From: Gekko japonicus
Taxonomy: Eukaryota
Assembly: GCF_001447785.1 (NCBI RefSeq)
Contig: NW_015164664.1
Location: 1,703,792-1,767,791, forward strand
Length of the DNA: 64,000 bases
Direction of reading: 5' to 3'
Shown here: one piece after another, positions 46,015-64,000 of the stretch
How positions within the stretch are numbered: the first letter of the stretch is position 1
Layout: every line of letters starts with the position of its first letter
Program-made: the position numbers and the translations under genes
The notes under the pieces: generated by a model
Seen by the model: the letters and a program-made list of their open reading frames with translations, nothing else
What the model was told of the DNA's origin: nothing
The model's database searches: none

Positions 46015-46185
46015 ACATGAAGCCGCCTTATACTGAATCAGGCCTTGGGCCCATTTAGATCAGTACTGTCTACTGAGAGGGGCATTGGGTCTCCAGGGTC
46101 TCAGGCTGAGGTCTAGAACATCACCTACTACCCGATCTTCTGAACTGAGGCCTTCTGCATGTTAAGCAGGTGCTGTAACAAAGCC
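46015..46185. mobile_element. SINE/CR1-related repeat; related copy at about 17335-17500
   Basis: Shared GCCTTATACTGA..CAG.CC....CCAT..AG.TCAGTA.T.TCTA between the two loci. Confidence 0.45.
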
Positions 46186-47667
46186 CCTCAAACCTATTTA
46201 TTAATGGAGCTTTACAGTAATACTGCACTTAGACTCTTAGTAGAAAGTTGCCACCCCTCAACCAGCGTAACCCCCTGTAAGCTATGTGGGTTCTCTCTGT
46301 TACCCTTGTCCCTCTACCCAGTCCTTTCTTGGATACATAGTGTTTTGTTCCCCCCCCCCACAAGTATGTGAATTGTCTCTCATGGAGGTCCATCACAGCA
46401 AAGCTTTGTAGATGGTTAGGCAGGTGGTCACAGGCCTCCTTTTGCACCCAAAGCCCAGCAACTGCTCCTGCTTCCACGCCTTCTTCAAACAGCCCTTCTC
46501 AGCCACAGAGGCTGCTGACTCAGATTTTTTGGAAGCGCTTGTGCTGATACCCCTAATAACCTGGTTGGTACTTGCTTAATTTAAAAAAGACATGAACAGT
46601 TGGATAGAAACTGTAGTCTTGGCTGCATGATCTTCCTCCTGGCTGCCTGTGCCTTCCTCCATCTGGGTTTCTGTATGAATCTTGCACTGTTGACCAAGGT
46701 TCCACCTTTCACCCCCAGCCAGGTCCCAGAATGGGCTTCACTTCCTGAAATGAGTCCCCATGATTTCCATTTAAATTCAGCTTCAAAATCAAGTTGTCCA
46801 TTTGGACAGCCTCTCTACTAGTAAGCATAGGAACAGGACAGCAAACCATGCAGCCTCAGGGGGAGCAAAAGGTTTTCTCTTCCGAAAGGAAACCATGGAT
46901 AAGCTTAGTACTCGCCACAGCAGGAAAAGGGCATCTATCTGTGCAAGGGGGTATGAGTATAGAAGATCTGATAAAACCTTGAAGGGAGAGCTACACTTGC
47001 CTTTCCCAGAAGCAAGCAAGGCTGGGCTAGAGGAGTCCCTGACAGGGCAGGTCTGTGTCACGTTGATATGGCTCAGAATTTATGAACTGTAAGCCATTTA
47101 ATTAGGAGAGGAGTAGGTCTGTGTCACGTCGATATGGCTCAGGATTTATGAACTGTAAGCCATTTAATTAGGGCACCAGCTGAGTCAGGCTGCCTTTAGT
47201 GTTCTATATTGTTTTATTTGTTCTGCATCCTCCTGTGTGTATGCATTTCTTCCTTCTTTATTTTATTTCTCCCCAGCAAGTAATTGCATCCACCTTCCCT
47301 CCTTGCTGTTTTCCTCAAGTAAAGTTAGAATGGATTGCTTAAGAGAGCCTGTGTCACCCACATGTCACTGGGGCGCAAAAGGACAAGGTCTTGTGCATGC
47401 CGGCTCTTAACTGAGCCAGGCTGCGTGTTTAACTGAGTGTGTGAGGCAGAGAGGCCAAACTGGGCCTGAGACTCTGCCTCAGATCTCAGTGTGACAGGTG
47501 GTGGCAGTGGAGTGCTAATGTTTCAGTGGCAAGCAATAAGTCAGATGGGCTGCAGGGAAGGTGGGGAAGCAGGGCACTCCATCTCTGGTTCCCCCCCTGC
47601 CCTCCCTGGGGAGCCACGGTAGTTCCCCTCTCCAGATCCTGCCTTACGGACCATGCGAGTCTCCAGC

Positions 47668-48567
47668 CTAGACTGTGTTCTCCTGGAGGAAGTCATAGAT
47701 GGCTGTGGTGAGACCCCATGTTATGCATGACCTGAGAATAAGGAGGGACCCGCCTCTGTAAAGCAGGCCCACTCTCCTCCCATGCTTTGCCCAGACAGCT
47801 GTCACCGAGGCCGGGAAGTGAAGCATCTCCTGTTTCCCCACCTGAGACTGCACATTGGCAATAAGGACACTGAGAGGATACAGGAAAAGGCAAATCAGCA
47901 TGCCATTAACACTGCCGGACACCAGGGCAGGGAGCCAGTGGGGCAAGCCTCTTTCAGAGAGGCTGTCCCGGAGGGGATCCTTCAAGGAGAAATACAGGGA
48001 GCTCCCCAGGCTGTTACGGACCAGGATGAGGCCTAGGCCACGGTAGTAGCCCAGCAGCAGCCTCTCCCTCAGAGCATAGGAGTGGAACTCCTGCAGGATA
48101 CTGCGGGTCGTCAGGAATCTCTTGTTCTTCCGTCCGTCCTGAAGAATATTCTGGATCCTCTCAAAGGGAGCCAGCACCAAGGCTTCTGAAACGCCAGACA
48201 TGAGTCCTGCTGTGTACCGGTCTCCCAGTGAGTAAGGCCCAGAAGACTGGCTGGAGAGGATGTGAAGGCAGTTTTCGTAGGTGCCAAACATCAGGGTGCC
48301 CTGCAGTGTCTTGGAAAGAAGTGGGGGGAAGACTCCCCGGTAGAATTTGCGTAGGCCCTCTTGGGTCAGCTGGCGGACGGCCTCCCGGATAGAAAAGGCA
48401 TGGAGCTGTTGGCGGAAGATGGTCTTGTAGATGGGGAAGGTGGCGAGCGTGGAGAGGAAACAGGAGGCAGCCCCCACATTGTAACTGCGGGAGCCCCAGC
48501 TGGGTTTGTCCCTTTTCTGCTCCACCTTTCCAGTGTTCCCAGGAGGGGTCCCCACTTCCTTCTGCAT
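47668..48567 (-). CDS. SLC25A53: Mitochondrial carrier SLC25A53 (MCART6), single coding exon, 299 aa
   Basis: TFPIYKTIFRQQ, FYRGVFPPLLSKTLQGTLMFGTY, PFERIQNILQDGRK, RNSLGSSLYFS.KDP, LVSGSVNG and LYRGGSL.ILRS..TWGLTTAI match my recollection of SLC25A53. Three carrier repeats; syntenic with TMSB15/RAB9B. Confidence 0.93.
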   Translation of the reverse strand: MQKEVGTPPGNTGKVEQKRDKPSWGSRSYNVGAASCFLSTLATFPIYKTIFRQQLHAFSIREAVRQLTQEGLRKFYRGVFPPLLSKTLQGTLMFGTYENCLHILSSQSSGPYSLGDRYTAGLMSGVSEALVLAPFERIQNILQDGRKNKRFLTTRSILQEFHSYALRERLLLGYYRGLGLILVRNSLGSSLYFSLKDPLRDSLSERGLPHWLPALVSGSVNGMLICLFLYPLSVLIANVQSQVGKQEMLHFPASVTAVWAKHGRRVGLLYRGGSLLILRSCITWGLTTAIYDFLQENTV

Positions 48568-49386
48568 CCCAAGTCCTTTTCCTTGTGGCCACTAGTCAGA
48601 AGAAAGCAAGCCTATGAGAGGGGGGCTCAGGAGTCCAGTTCACCACTACCTCATCCTGTGCCTGGAGATAACTGGTGGAATAACCATAAGCAAATGTGAA
48701 CAGGATAACTACTGTCTGGATCGGGTGGGCCACATAAGGCAGCAGCGTGAGACAGAGAAATGCTCCTGCTTGCCAACTGAGTTCCTCGAATGGCCACCAC
48801 AGCCCCGCTCTGAGGCCGTCCCTCCAGCATATTAGATGGGCTGTTGCCTCTCTTAATCTCCCGCAGGGCAGAGGCAAGAGAGATAATTGACTATTGGCTG
48901 TTACTAGTTTCAGTTGGAGGGTTCCCGTTTTTTGCTTCTGTTCCCAGCATTCCAAGGCAGAGCCTGAAACTAGCTAGCTGCCTGTTGAGCCAGCAAATAA
49001 TCTCCTAACACAGGAGGAGGAATGCAAAGCGGCAAAAGCCTGAGAAATGCTTCTCCCCTTTGTGCTTCTGTCCGGCCTGATGGAGAGTTCTGGAGAACTT
49101 ACAGGCTTGCACACTGTTAATTTTGCTTGATCTCATTGAAATGTATGGCATGGCTTTTGTTACAGGTTCGGCTAAGGGGCAAGAGGAAGCCTTGTGCAAG
49201 GCAGCCACGCCCGCTCCCTCCCCTTCCACAAAACCTGGCAACCTGTCTTTGGACACCTTAGCTAGCCTCTTGCTCTACCAGGCTTCGCAAATCAGCCACT
49301 GACTGGATGGGTGTGGCGTGGGTGTCCCCCAGTCCCCTCTAGAACTAAAAAAAGGAACAAGGGCTGGAAGCAAAAGCACAACTTAC

Positions 49387-49650
49387 CTTCTCTTGGTTGT
49401 TCTAGGGCCAGTTCTGGTCTCCCCCTCCCCTCCAGTTCAATTTCTCCTCCTGCTCATCTCACATTCTTTGCAGTGGAAGCAGAGCTTTATTCTCGGTGCT
49501 GCCGGATGTTCTCTGTGCCGGCGTCTCCATCCCACGAAGCTTCCGGTGGCTACTCAGGAGGACCAGCTCCCACAAGCCTCTTCCTTACCACCAGAAGCAG
49601 AGGATGCCTTCGCGGGCGGGCTGCATCGCGGAGGCAGGGGAGCCAAAGCA
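49387..49650 (-). other. SLC25A53: Candidate SLC25A53 5' non-coding exon / promoter
   Basis: Strong donor GAAG|GTAAGT (exon end 49387), locally raised CpG at 49490-49750, and AG acceptors just upstream of the ATG (exon start 48591 or 48611). The upstream boundary is a guess. Confidence 0.4.
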
Positions 49651-50859
49651 CAAAGGAATCCCCTCCTCCTCCCGCTCCCTCTTCCCTGAATGTCTCGGCA
49701 TTATGCAAATACGATGGAAATTCTCAGGTGGACAGCCGTGTTGCTCGGAAGCTGCAGGACAAAGTTTGAGTCCAGTGGCACCTTTCAGACCAACAGAGTT
49801 CTATTCTGGGTATACGTTTTCAAGTGTGCGCACACTCCTTTGGACAGAGAATGTTCACTTAGCTGTGGAACACACTCAGGGTGTTTACAGTAACATTCCT
49901 GGGGTGTACACTGGGGGAAAACCTTGCGAAACCCCATGCCTTGTTCAGCAAAATACAAATACACACACACACAAACTACAGGATTCAATGCAAAAGCTTC
50001 ACAGTCTTTCCATGGAATTGTGCTGGAGTGAGCAAGCCACTGCTTCTTTAAGCCAGCCTAACAATTACAGGAAAGTTCCAAAAATGCTGACCTCAGTTGC
50101 CGTCAGGGTCACTCCAGCATAGTCTAAGATTTCAGCTGCGTGGAAAAGAGGTGTTTTATGTAATGGGGAGCTGCAGGGAGGTTGTCAAGCCAAGCCCCAG
50201 CCCCACTGTTCACGAGGGAAAAGGGTGATTGGGTAAGTGAAGGATGTTGCAATGATCTAGCATTGCCTTTGGCAGTTCTAAGTTTCCTCCTTGCCCACAG
50301 ACAGATGGCCGCCACGGTATTCCTGCTTCAGTGAGCTCCCCAAGAGGCTCCCCCCAATCCATGAGTGCTTCATAGTGTCACTTGCAACATGCATTGGAAA
50401 GGGTTTGCAGTGATTTCTATCCAGGCACCTTTTTCCACGCTCTGAATCTTCTATGCAAAGGGAAGAAAATTCATAGCCATGCTTATGGCATGAGCAGCAG
50501 GTCTGCTTTCGCTCCATCGTTGCAATATTAATGCTTCTTTGCAATGGTCACCTGGGCCTCCACAGTATTTGTGAGACTGGGCAGCCAAGGCAGTGGGACA
50601 TAGTGCAGGCGGCCCCCCTCCCTCAGTCTTCTGAGATCAGGGACTCTTCATCCTCCTACAGCATCAAGAAAGAATTCTTACTTCTTGGCTCATCCATTCC
50701 CCATTTTCCAGTCATGTGCAACACAATTGAAACCCCTCCCTTTGCTGTGCCTGCCTTGAAGGCAAGATCTTGATTTGCCATGTCTCTCCCTCCCACTCTG
50801 GGCCACACTGCCCCCTTTTTTGTGGGTATTTGCCTATGTGTGTGCTTGCATGCCTGCAA

Positions 50860-51025
50860 GTCATGGCAACCCCTACTGGGGGCTCAGATGTTTTTCAGAG
50901 AGGTGGCTTGATTGCCTGCCTCTGCACCCTGGTATTCCTTGGAGGTCTCCCTTCCAATTACTTTTCAGGGTCGGCCCTACTTAGCTTCTGAGATCCGACT
51001 TCCCTGGGCTATCCAAGTCAGGGCT
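50860..51025 (-). mobile_element. 5S rRNA-derived SINE fragment
   Basis: CCCTGGTATTCCTTGGAGGTCTCCC..CCAA.TACT...CAGGGTCGGCCCTACTTAGCTTCTGAGATC, same family as above. Confidence 0.7.
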
Positions 51026-51274
51026 GCCACGCAGCATGTTTGCCACTTGTCCAGATCACCCACCATCTTCCTGTTCTCGGATACCAAAAAATGAGCTGCC
51101 TCCACTTCAATGCAGGGGAACCAAACCACCCATACCTAGGCTGGCATCCAGTCCTTTCAGCTAGGCTGGACTATCAATTCTTCCAAGAGCGGGTTCCAAA
51201 AGGGGAACAGCCACACACCCCCATTCAATCTGAGAAGTAGAATTCAAGGAGTTTTTAAAGTTTTTAAATAAAAG

Positions 51275-51280
51275 TTTAAT
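51275..51280 (-). terminator. PRPS1: Candidate PRPS1 polyA signal (ATTAAA)
   Basis: TTTAAT on plus within an AT-rich patch about 1.33 kb past the stop. Confidence 0.45.
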
Positions 51281-52612
51281 TCCTTCATTGAGGTCTGGAG
51301 GAACACATATGATGCCGACCCCCTCTGCTGTCTTCCGAAGCATTGCGCTGGGCCACTGCCCAGGACTGAGGAGGGGCAGCAGCTCGAGAGAGAGAGGCGA
51401 CATGAAGGATGCAGGGTAAAGAAGCAACCACACACACACAGACTTGTCACACAGATGAGACACAAGACACCCCCCCCCTCCACTGCCACGTGCTCAGGAA
51501 GAAGTGGGTACAGAATTGCCAGGGGACCAAAGCCCTGGGACAGGAGAGAGGAAGTGTAATAAGAAGGCACGATACCCAACATCTAAAGAGGACCCCCTTC
51601 CCAAGCTGAGACTTTTCACAATCGCTACTGTTATCCCACAAATGAAGTGTTTTACGTAAGCCATGGCTGAGAGATGCCAATGACTCTGCTAAAGCCATCT
51701 TCCTTCCAGATTAAGCCAGTCTTCACCAAGCCAGGCTGCTGCTCTCTCTCACGAGGCAGGTTAGTGGGTCAGCCGCAGACTGCCTCGGGCAGCAGCTCAG
51801 GGTTCAAGTGTGATGTGTTTGCCTCTGGGGACGGGGTCAGTATCATCCTCCTCCAGCCTTCTGCAGGAGTGTCGAATGACAGTTAACAAGGAGCATTGAA
51901 GAAGCACCAATAAATAAAAGCTGGGCCTAAGGTCTCTAGGAAAAGCATCCAAGAGAGAGAGAAGTATGTGGTGTGGTCTTCCCCCAGGGCATTGGAAACT
52001 GCACAATCGCCCTCTGGCACAGGAAGAAAAGCAGGGTTCCCCAATATGGCAGGTTTGGGATGGGAACGCTGCTCATCAAAGCCCAAAATACAAAACGTAT
52101 CAATTAGTTTAGCTAGCTGGGAGAAAAATAAACAGCCCAATCAGATGGACTGCTCTGAAATGAACTGGACAGAGAGAGAGAGAGACTGACTGACTAGAAG
52201 GAGCAGGAGCTAGCCGCAGCCTATGGAAGACCCCCATGTCTTCCGCCCCCCCTTCTGTGTCCCCCCCACCCCCCCGGGAGCTTCCTTCCACCAAGGAGCA
52301 GCTACCTGACCTAGCTATACAAAACGATCCAGGGAGCTTCACATGCAAAAAAAGTCTCCCCTCCCACCCCCCAGGGCAGTCTGCAAAGCCAGCTCTACTT
52401 TCTCTCAGAGTGAGACTATCTTAATATCACCAGTCACTCAAGAGCCCAGGGAGGACAGCAATCCAAGAGCACGGAAGTGATCCCCTCCATCTCTCCCCTG
52501 CCAGGCTCTGGGAAATGCAGAGGAAGGACCGAGCAGAAAACAAATTCAACACATTTTGGTTTGGTTCCCCCCCCCCCCAAAAAAGCCACACAAGCAGCAG
52601 CAGCATTGACTG

Positions 52613-58740
<6,128 letters not shown>

Positions 58741-58779
58741 TTGAAGGAGTCCAGTATCCTGTTTTTCGCTGAACGGACC

Positions 58780-59200
58780 AAAGCCTCTCCAGCAACAGGC
58801 GGCATTCAGAGGTATACAGCCTCTAAACATGGAGGTCTTCGTTCTCTGTCGTGACTAGAAACCGTGGATACGTTCCTCCATGAAGTTACACAGTCCTCGT
58901 TCAAAGTCATTTAAGCCAATAATCGCCACATCCTGTGGTGGTGAATCCCATACGTTAAGTGAATAACTTCTTCATCTGTCCTACATTTGCCCATCAATTT
59001 CAGTGTGCGACCAATTCTAGTTTTATAGGAGAAGAAGGTCGATCAACTTTCTCCTGCACAATTTTATAGGTTGTAATAATCCCTCCCAGGATCTTTTCTC
59101 TAAAAAGCCTCTGATTCCTTAGTCTTTTATTGTGGGGTTTTTTTCCAAGTCCTTGATCATTTTGATTGCCTTTTTTGCATCTTTTCTACTCAGTCACTGC
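58780..59200 (-). mobile_element. Old CR1-type fragment
   Basis: CCTCTAAACATGGAGGT, CACATCCTGTGGTGGTGAATCCCATA, CCTTGATCATTTTGATTGCC resemble antisense CR1. Confidence 0.5.
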
Positions 59201-59700
59201 CAATTCAGATCCTATCAGTGTTGACCCTGAGCCTGCCTCCCCCACTTTGGAGCTTGGAGTCAAACAGTCTCTCTGGAACCTTGCTTTAAAAGGTCCAGCA
59301 AAACCCCAGTCTCTTGGTGGGGCTGACAGTTCAGTACACTTTAAAGAACAACATGTATCACCATTATAATGCATTATTCAATATACACCAGTACACTTTA
59401 AAGAACAACATATATCACCATTATAATGCATTATTCAATATACAATTATTTGGGAGTAAGTTCCAGCAATCTCCACAAGGTTGCTTTTCCTCTCCCCAAC
59501 TTTTTCAAAATAACGTATTTTGTCTCTTTATTGCTGTTATGAAAGTTATTTTTTAAAGCTTGTTGAAACTAGGATCCTGCTATAGAATTTTGCATAATTT
59601 ATCGTTTAATGTGTCATGTTACTACTTATGCATTGCTTCAGTTCTGTTGTTAGACTTCTGGTTGGTTCTGCAACTCTAATCCAATTAAATTGTTTACAGA

Positions 59701-60059
59701 GGCCCCGGTCATATGGCAAAGTTGCCGCGGGAAAGGCACGGATGGTGGGTGGATTATCTGGGCGCGATCACACCCCAACATCTGGGAAGTGGAGCGCACC
59801 GGTGGCTTACCGCCAACAATGCGCCTTAAAATACTAGTACCTCCAAGGTACTAGTAAACGTTTGCCATGGGCTGCCTCTAGACACCCGTGGTGTGATCGC
59901 GCCAGCGTGCAGCATTCCCCTCCGGTCCTTCGTTTACCCGCCGGCGCCGAGGGAAGGACCCATGGTGTGCCGCCGGCGCGTCTGATCGTGTAATCGTGCA
60001 TCAAACTGCGCTGGGGCAATTAGCCCCCCCCGCAATATCTGGCCTGTGTGACCGGGACC
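59701..60059. mobile_element. CpG-rich Harbinger-like MITE inserted in an L2-like 3' tail (about 59560-60145)
   Basis: Imperfect TIRs GGCCCCGGTCATATG / TGTGTGACCGGGACC, with an abrupt CpG-rich block inside AT-rich LINE tail sequence. Confidence 0.65.
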
Positions 60060-63000
60060 TGAATGTCCCATCCTTCCATTGTATTGGCTCACTCTGTGTA
60101 ATCATCCGCCTTGAGTTCAAGTGAGAAAGGTGGACTATAAATAAAGAGTGTGCATGTTTCTAGCTTTAAAAATATGGGTGCTGTTCAGAAAATAGTTTAT
60201 TCTGTTGAAGACTGTTCATTCTGAATATAGAACAAAATTCTCATCCAGTACCACCTTACAGAACACAATTTTCCACAGTATAAGCTGTAGTGAGCCAAAG
60301 CTCACTGAGAGCAATCTTAAGCAGGTCTACTCAATTTTCCACTATGGTCTATTCAATGGGATTTACTCCCAGGTAAGTGTTCTTAGGATGGTGCTGTCCG
60401 TCAGATACAAATCAGCATAAAGAGCCATCAGCCCTTATACCCAGGCCAGCCAGCACATGGGAGGCGTGTTACAAAGAAGGACTAGTTGGAGTCAGGCTGC
60501 AGAGGTAGTGTTGCCAGCCCCCCCCCATCTGCACACTCACCCTCCCTCCCTGAATGTATGTACTGCATCTGTAACATCATGAGCAAGTCTCCTTTCATCT
60601 GATTTCTTTACAGAATAGGATAGGTAATCTTTGCTCTCCATCTTGATCTATCCCCCCCTTATTTTCCATACCACACTTTCACCATACAGAGAGCTGGCAC
60701 TTTGCTCCTCTCTGCTCTTTACCCTCACATCTGGAATACTGGACACTTACGTTCCAAGTGCTTTCACTTCTCCCCTATTCCCCATTTTCCGGCATGTACA
60801 CCTTTAGTTCAAAGAGCAACTCCTGCTCTAATTTGAAGTAGCTCTGCTGAATATTTAGTTGTTGCTATATTTATTAGCATAGGTAATGTGTCTGTGCTTT
60901 GATTTAGTACTGCTAGCATTTGCTTAGGATAAGTCCCCTCCCCCATTGTACGAAATCCCTAAATAAACCCGGTATTCCTTTTAAATCAGGTCTCTGTCAT
61001 CCTTTTTTCTATTGAATACTTGCTACTCACAGACACCTCTACAGGAAAAAGATCCCAGTTTTCTGCACCCTGCACAAACACACAAGCTATTTTCCCATGT
61101 TAATCTGAATGTATGTTCACGTGTTTGCAGGGCCTGGTAACACTGCATTCTAAATTTAGAGTTTCTTTCGTTAAACACCGCTCTGCTTACAAAATAACTA
61201 AGGTTCCATTGAACCCAGCCTGGCCTCATCTAGAACTGTCTTTGTTGGCCTTAAGATGACACTGGGAGGAATTCTTAATTTGCTCTCCTTTGCTGACAAA
61301 AACAGAACAAACCATGCAAGCATCTTCTGATTCTTGGCTCCCACAACCCTCCCGAAGTCACTTGGACTGCCTCTTTGGGGGAGATGACTGTACACTTATT
61401 ATCACTTTATGGAATAAGCTGCCTGGATTGCTAAGGGCAAGTTATTAGCTGGTGTCAGAGAGTCAATCCCAGGGGCCAGAAAACTCTGTGTACGTTGCAG
61501 AAGGGACTAAAGGTCTGCCTTGGCCAACGTGGCTTCCAGAAATAGCCAGTCAGATGCTCTGGGAACTCTAAACCAACATTAAAGTGATAGCTATGCCTTG
61601 TTTGGTCCCAGCACCTGGTACTCAAATGAACACTACTTCTGTGCATGGAAGCACTCCATTTACCATTTAATTTGTCTTTTTTATTTAAAAAGGGGGGGGG
61701 GATTAGGCATTAATGGAGAACCAGCCTGTCAATAGGTACTACCACCCCCAACAGCTAAATGGAGTGCCTTCATGTACAGAACCAGTCTACTTTCTAAGTT
61801 TTAAAACTCTTGTCACCTAAGGGACTATAGCATGGAATTTTGTAAATTTCAGATTATGTAAAATAAGTGCTTATTTTTAACTTTTTTTTTTTTGCAATGT
61901 AAGGGGGGGGATTTTTTGTCCTAGTCATACCATTTTCAATTTTATAAACCTGTACCATGTCCCTTTACATTAATTTCTTTTATTTCTTAAAGGGCCCCAA
62001 ATGCTATAGGTTTGCTGTGTATGGAAGATGCTTCAACCCCTTGATCGTTCTAAACTGAGCCACATCCAGTTTTAGGATACCCTTTGCAAGACATCAGAAC
62101 AACACACTATTTCTGTAACTACACTGCAGAGCACTTCCAAGCTTCCCAGGGGGCTTTGATCCTCAGCTTCCCTCTTCGCCAGTCCCCTTATCTTTGAGAA
62201 ATTTCATACAGCCCTAAAAGAAACTTGACAAACAACAAGTTTGATATTAAGATTAGTATATTTACTCTTCCTTATTTGTAAAACAAGACATAAATTTGTA
62301 TATTTATATATATATATATAATTTTCATATATCTATACATATATAGCCTTTATTTATGTATACTATATACAGACATTTTAAAAAAAGTTTCCTCTGTATT
62401 CAGGGGAGAGTTTTTATGAGAGGCAGGCACACCCAAGGGAAGCCTCCTGGTTGCTTGGTCAATGACGGATGGGGGAGGGATCCTGTTGCCCCCCACTGGG
62501 TGTCCTGCAAAAGGCTCTTTTCATGGGACAACAGACAAGGCCTGGGATTGCTGTGAGCCAGGGAACACATTGCACTACGTGGGGGATATGTGTTTAAAAG
62601 CACAGTATGCATCTCCTTACATCTTGGGGAAATAATGAACTATTGTAGTAAAACAATAACAAAAAGATGAGGCGATCCCTTGTCACTGGAGCCTTAACTG
62701 GGTATTTCACTTCACAAAATGCAAAGCCCCACTCCCTGAGCCAGTGCCCTTCTGCCTAAGTGGGAAAGTTCTCTTTGCCTTCCTGTGGGCCTCTTGGAAA
62801 GAATATTTTGAGATCTCTTCAAAATGGGTGCTTTGCCCCAAGTGTCATGGCGGAGTACAGTTTTGGGGGAAACAGGGTGGTCACACAGCATGAGGAATCT
62901 CCCCTCTACTCTGTTTGGGAGGAACAGGAAAGGCCCAGGAGTCCAATGAAAGTGCTTTTAATTGGGTATATCTGGAGGTTGGGCATCAGCGAAATGACAC

Positions 63001-64000
63001 ACCCATTGGGCACTATTTCACCATACATTCTAATAAACAGATCCCAGTACTAAAGAACATTTTGCCAGAATCACACAGTCCAGAGAGGGACAGAGAAGTG
63101 TTTGCAGGACCCCTCTCCCTTCCAGTGAAGGGTGGCAGCACAATGGTGGGTCTCAAAGGAAACGCCCACCTCCAGAGATCTGTGGAATTGTGGCCTGACT
63201 TGACAACTTGAGACCGAGCTGCCACTGCTCCCTGCCTATGAACAGTCAGACGTCATTGTATAGAGATTGGGGTGGGATGAGGTCTGGCGCTGCGTGGCAG
63301 TCGCATCCTCTGGGAAGGGGAGGGTGGGAGGTTGACTCCTAGCTGACGGCCCTGGGTCCGGCCTGCTAGAAACTCTGAGGCACAGGTGGGGCTTTTCAGC
63401 TCTTAGCCGCATCAGCACAGCAAGAGGAACACACGCACACCCCTGCCACCTTGCTAGAGTCTTAATGCACTCCTTGGAAGGGCCAATACCTTCCCTGCTG
63501 CTACTCCCCAGCTATGCCTGCAAGGACTGGTCTGCTGATGGCAACATCGACTGCTAGTTGAATGCTGCATCTGTAGACTTTGGAGGCACTTGGCAGAGGC
63601 CAAGGCTCCCTTCTGGTCCCCATGGGACAAAAGCAAGTGGTCTTGGCACACTTTTGTACATTCAGAAAGGCCCAGCAGAGCTCTGTAAAGCAAAAGGTAT
63701 CTGCTACCTCCAAAGGAACAAAACAGGGCTTGTGTGGGCAGCGGCCTTTCTCCACACAGGGCAGGCAGCATGGAAAGCATGCAGTGCAGCTGCTGGAGGC
63801 CGCTGGCAAGTTAGTAAGACTTCTGCTTTCTTCTTTGGACTCGGTTGTCCACCCACAGCCCCTGTGGAAGGTTGGGCACCAGCTCTTGGCATGCTGACAT
63901 GAGAGGAGAGGTACGGACTTGCTGCTCTGGTGCACACTGACTTACTTATTCATTAGGGTCTTCAAGGAGCGTGTGAAAGTGCTCATGACCGTGGCTACCG

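Noticed and set aside
63236-63418. 60-aa minus ORF as a possible last coding exon
   Set aside because: No resemblance to a C-terminus I recognise and no clear acceptor.

Overview
Vertebrate genomic DNA, most likely a squamate reptile and probably a gecko (inferred from Sauria-type SINEs, Squam3-like and 5S-derived SINEs, and a TAGGGYTGYCA-ended hAT MITE). It holds five intact protein-coding genes. PLP1 is on + (7 exons, 277 aa, with the internal DM20 donor in exon 3). RAB9B, a thymosin beta-15, SLC25A53 and PRPS1 (7 exons, 318 aa) are on -. Order and relative orientation match the PRPS2-TMSB4X-RAB9A-GPM6B paralogon. The main unexplained signal is in PLP1 intron 3 (13923-16392), the intron that follows the PLP/DM20 donor choice. 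There, about ten colinear nested complementary segments could fold almost the whole 2.47-kb intron into one long imperfect RNA hairpin that brings the PLP donor close to the exon 4 acceptor. Other notable items are Penelope-derived foldbacks with hammerhead relics, a candidate SOX10/MYRF enhancer, a bipartite QKI element in the PLP1 3'UTR, nested transposons with clean TSDs, and a probable haplotype duplication around a gap at 28585-29366. All family assignments come from recognition by eye; no searches or folding computations were run.
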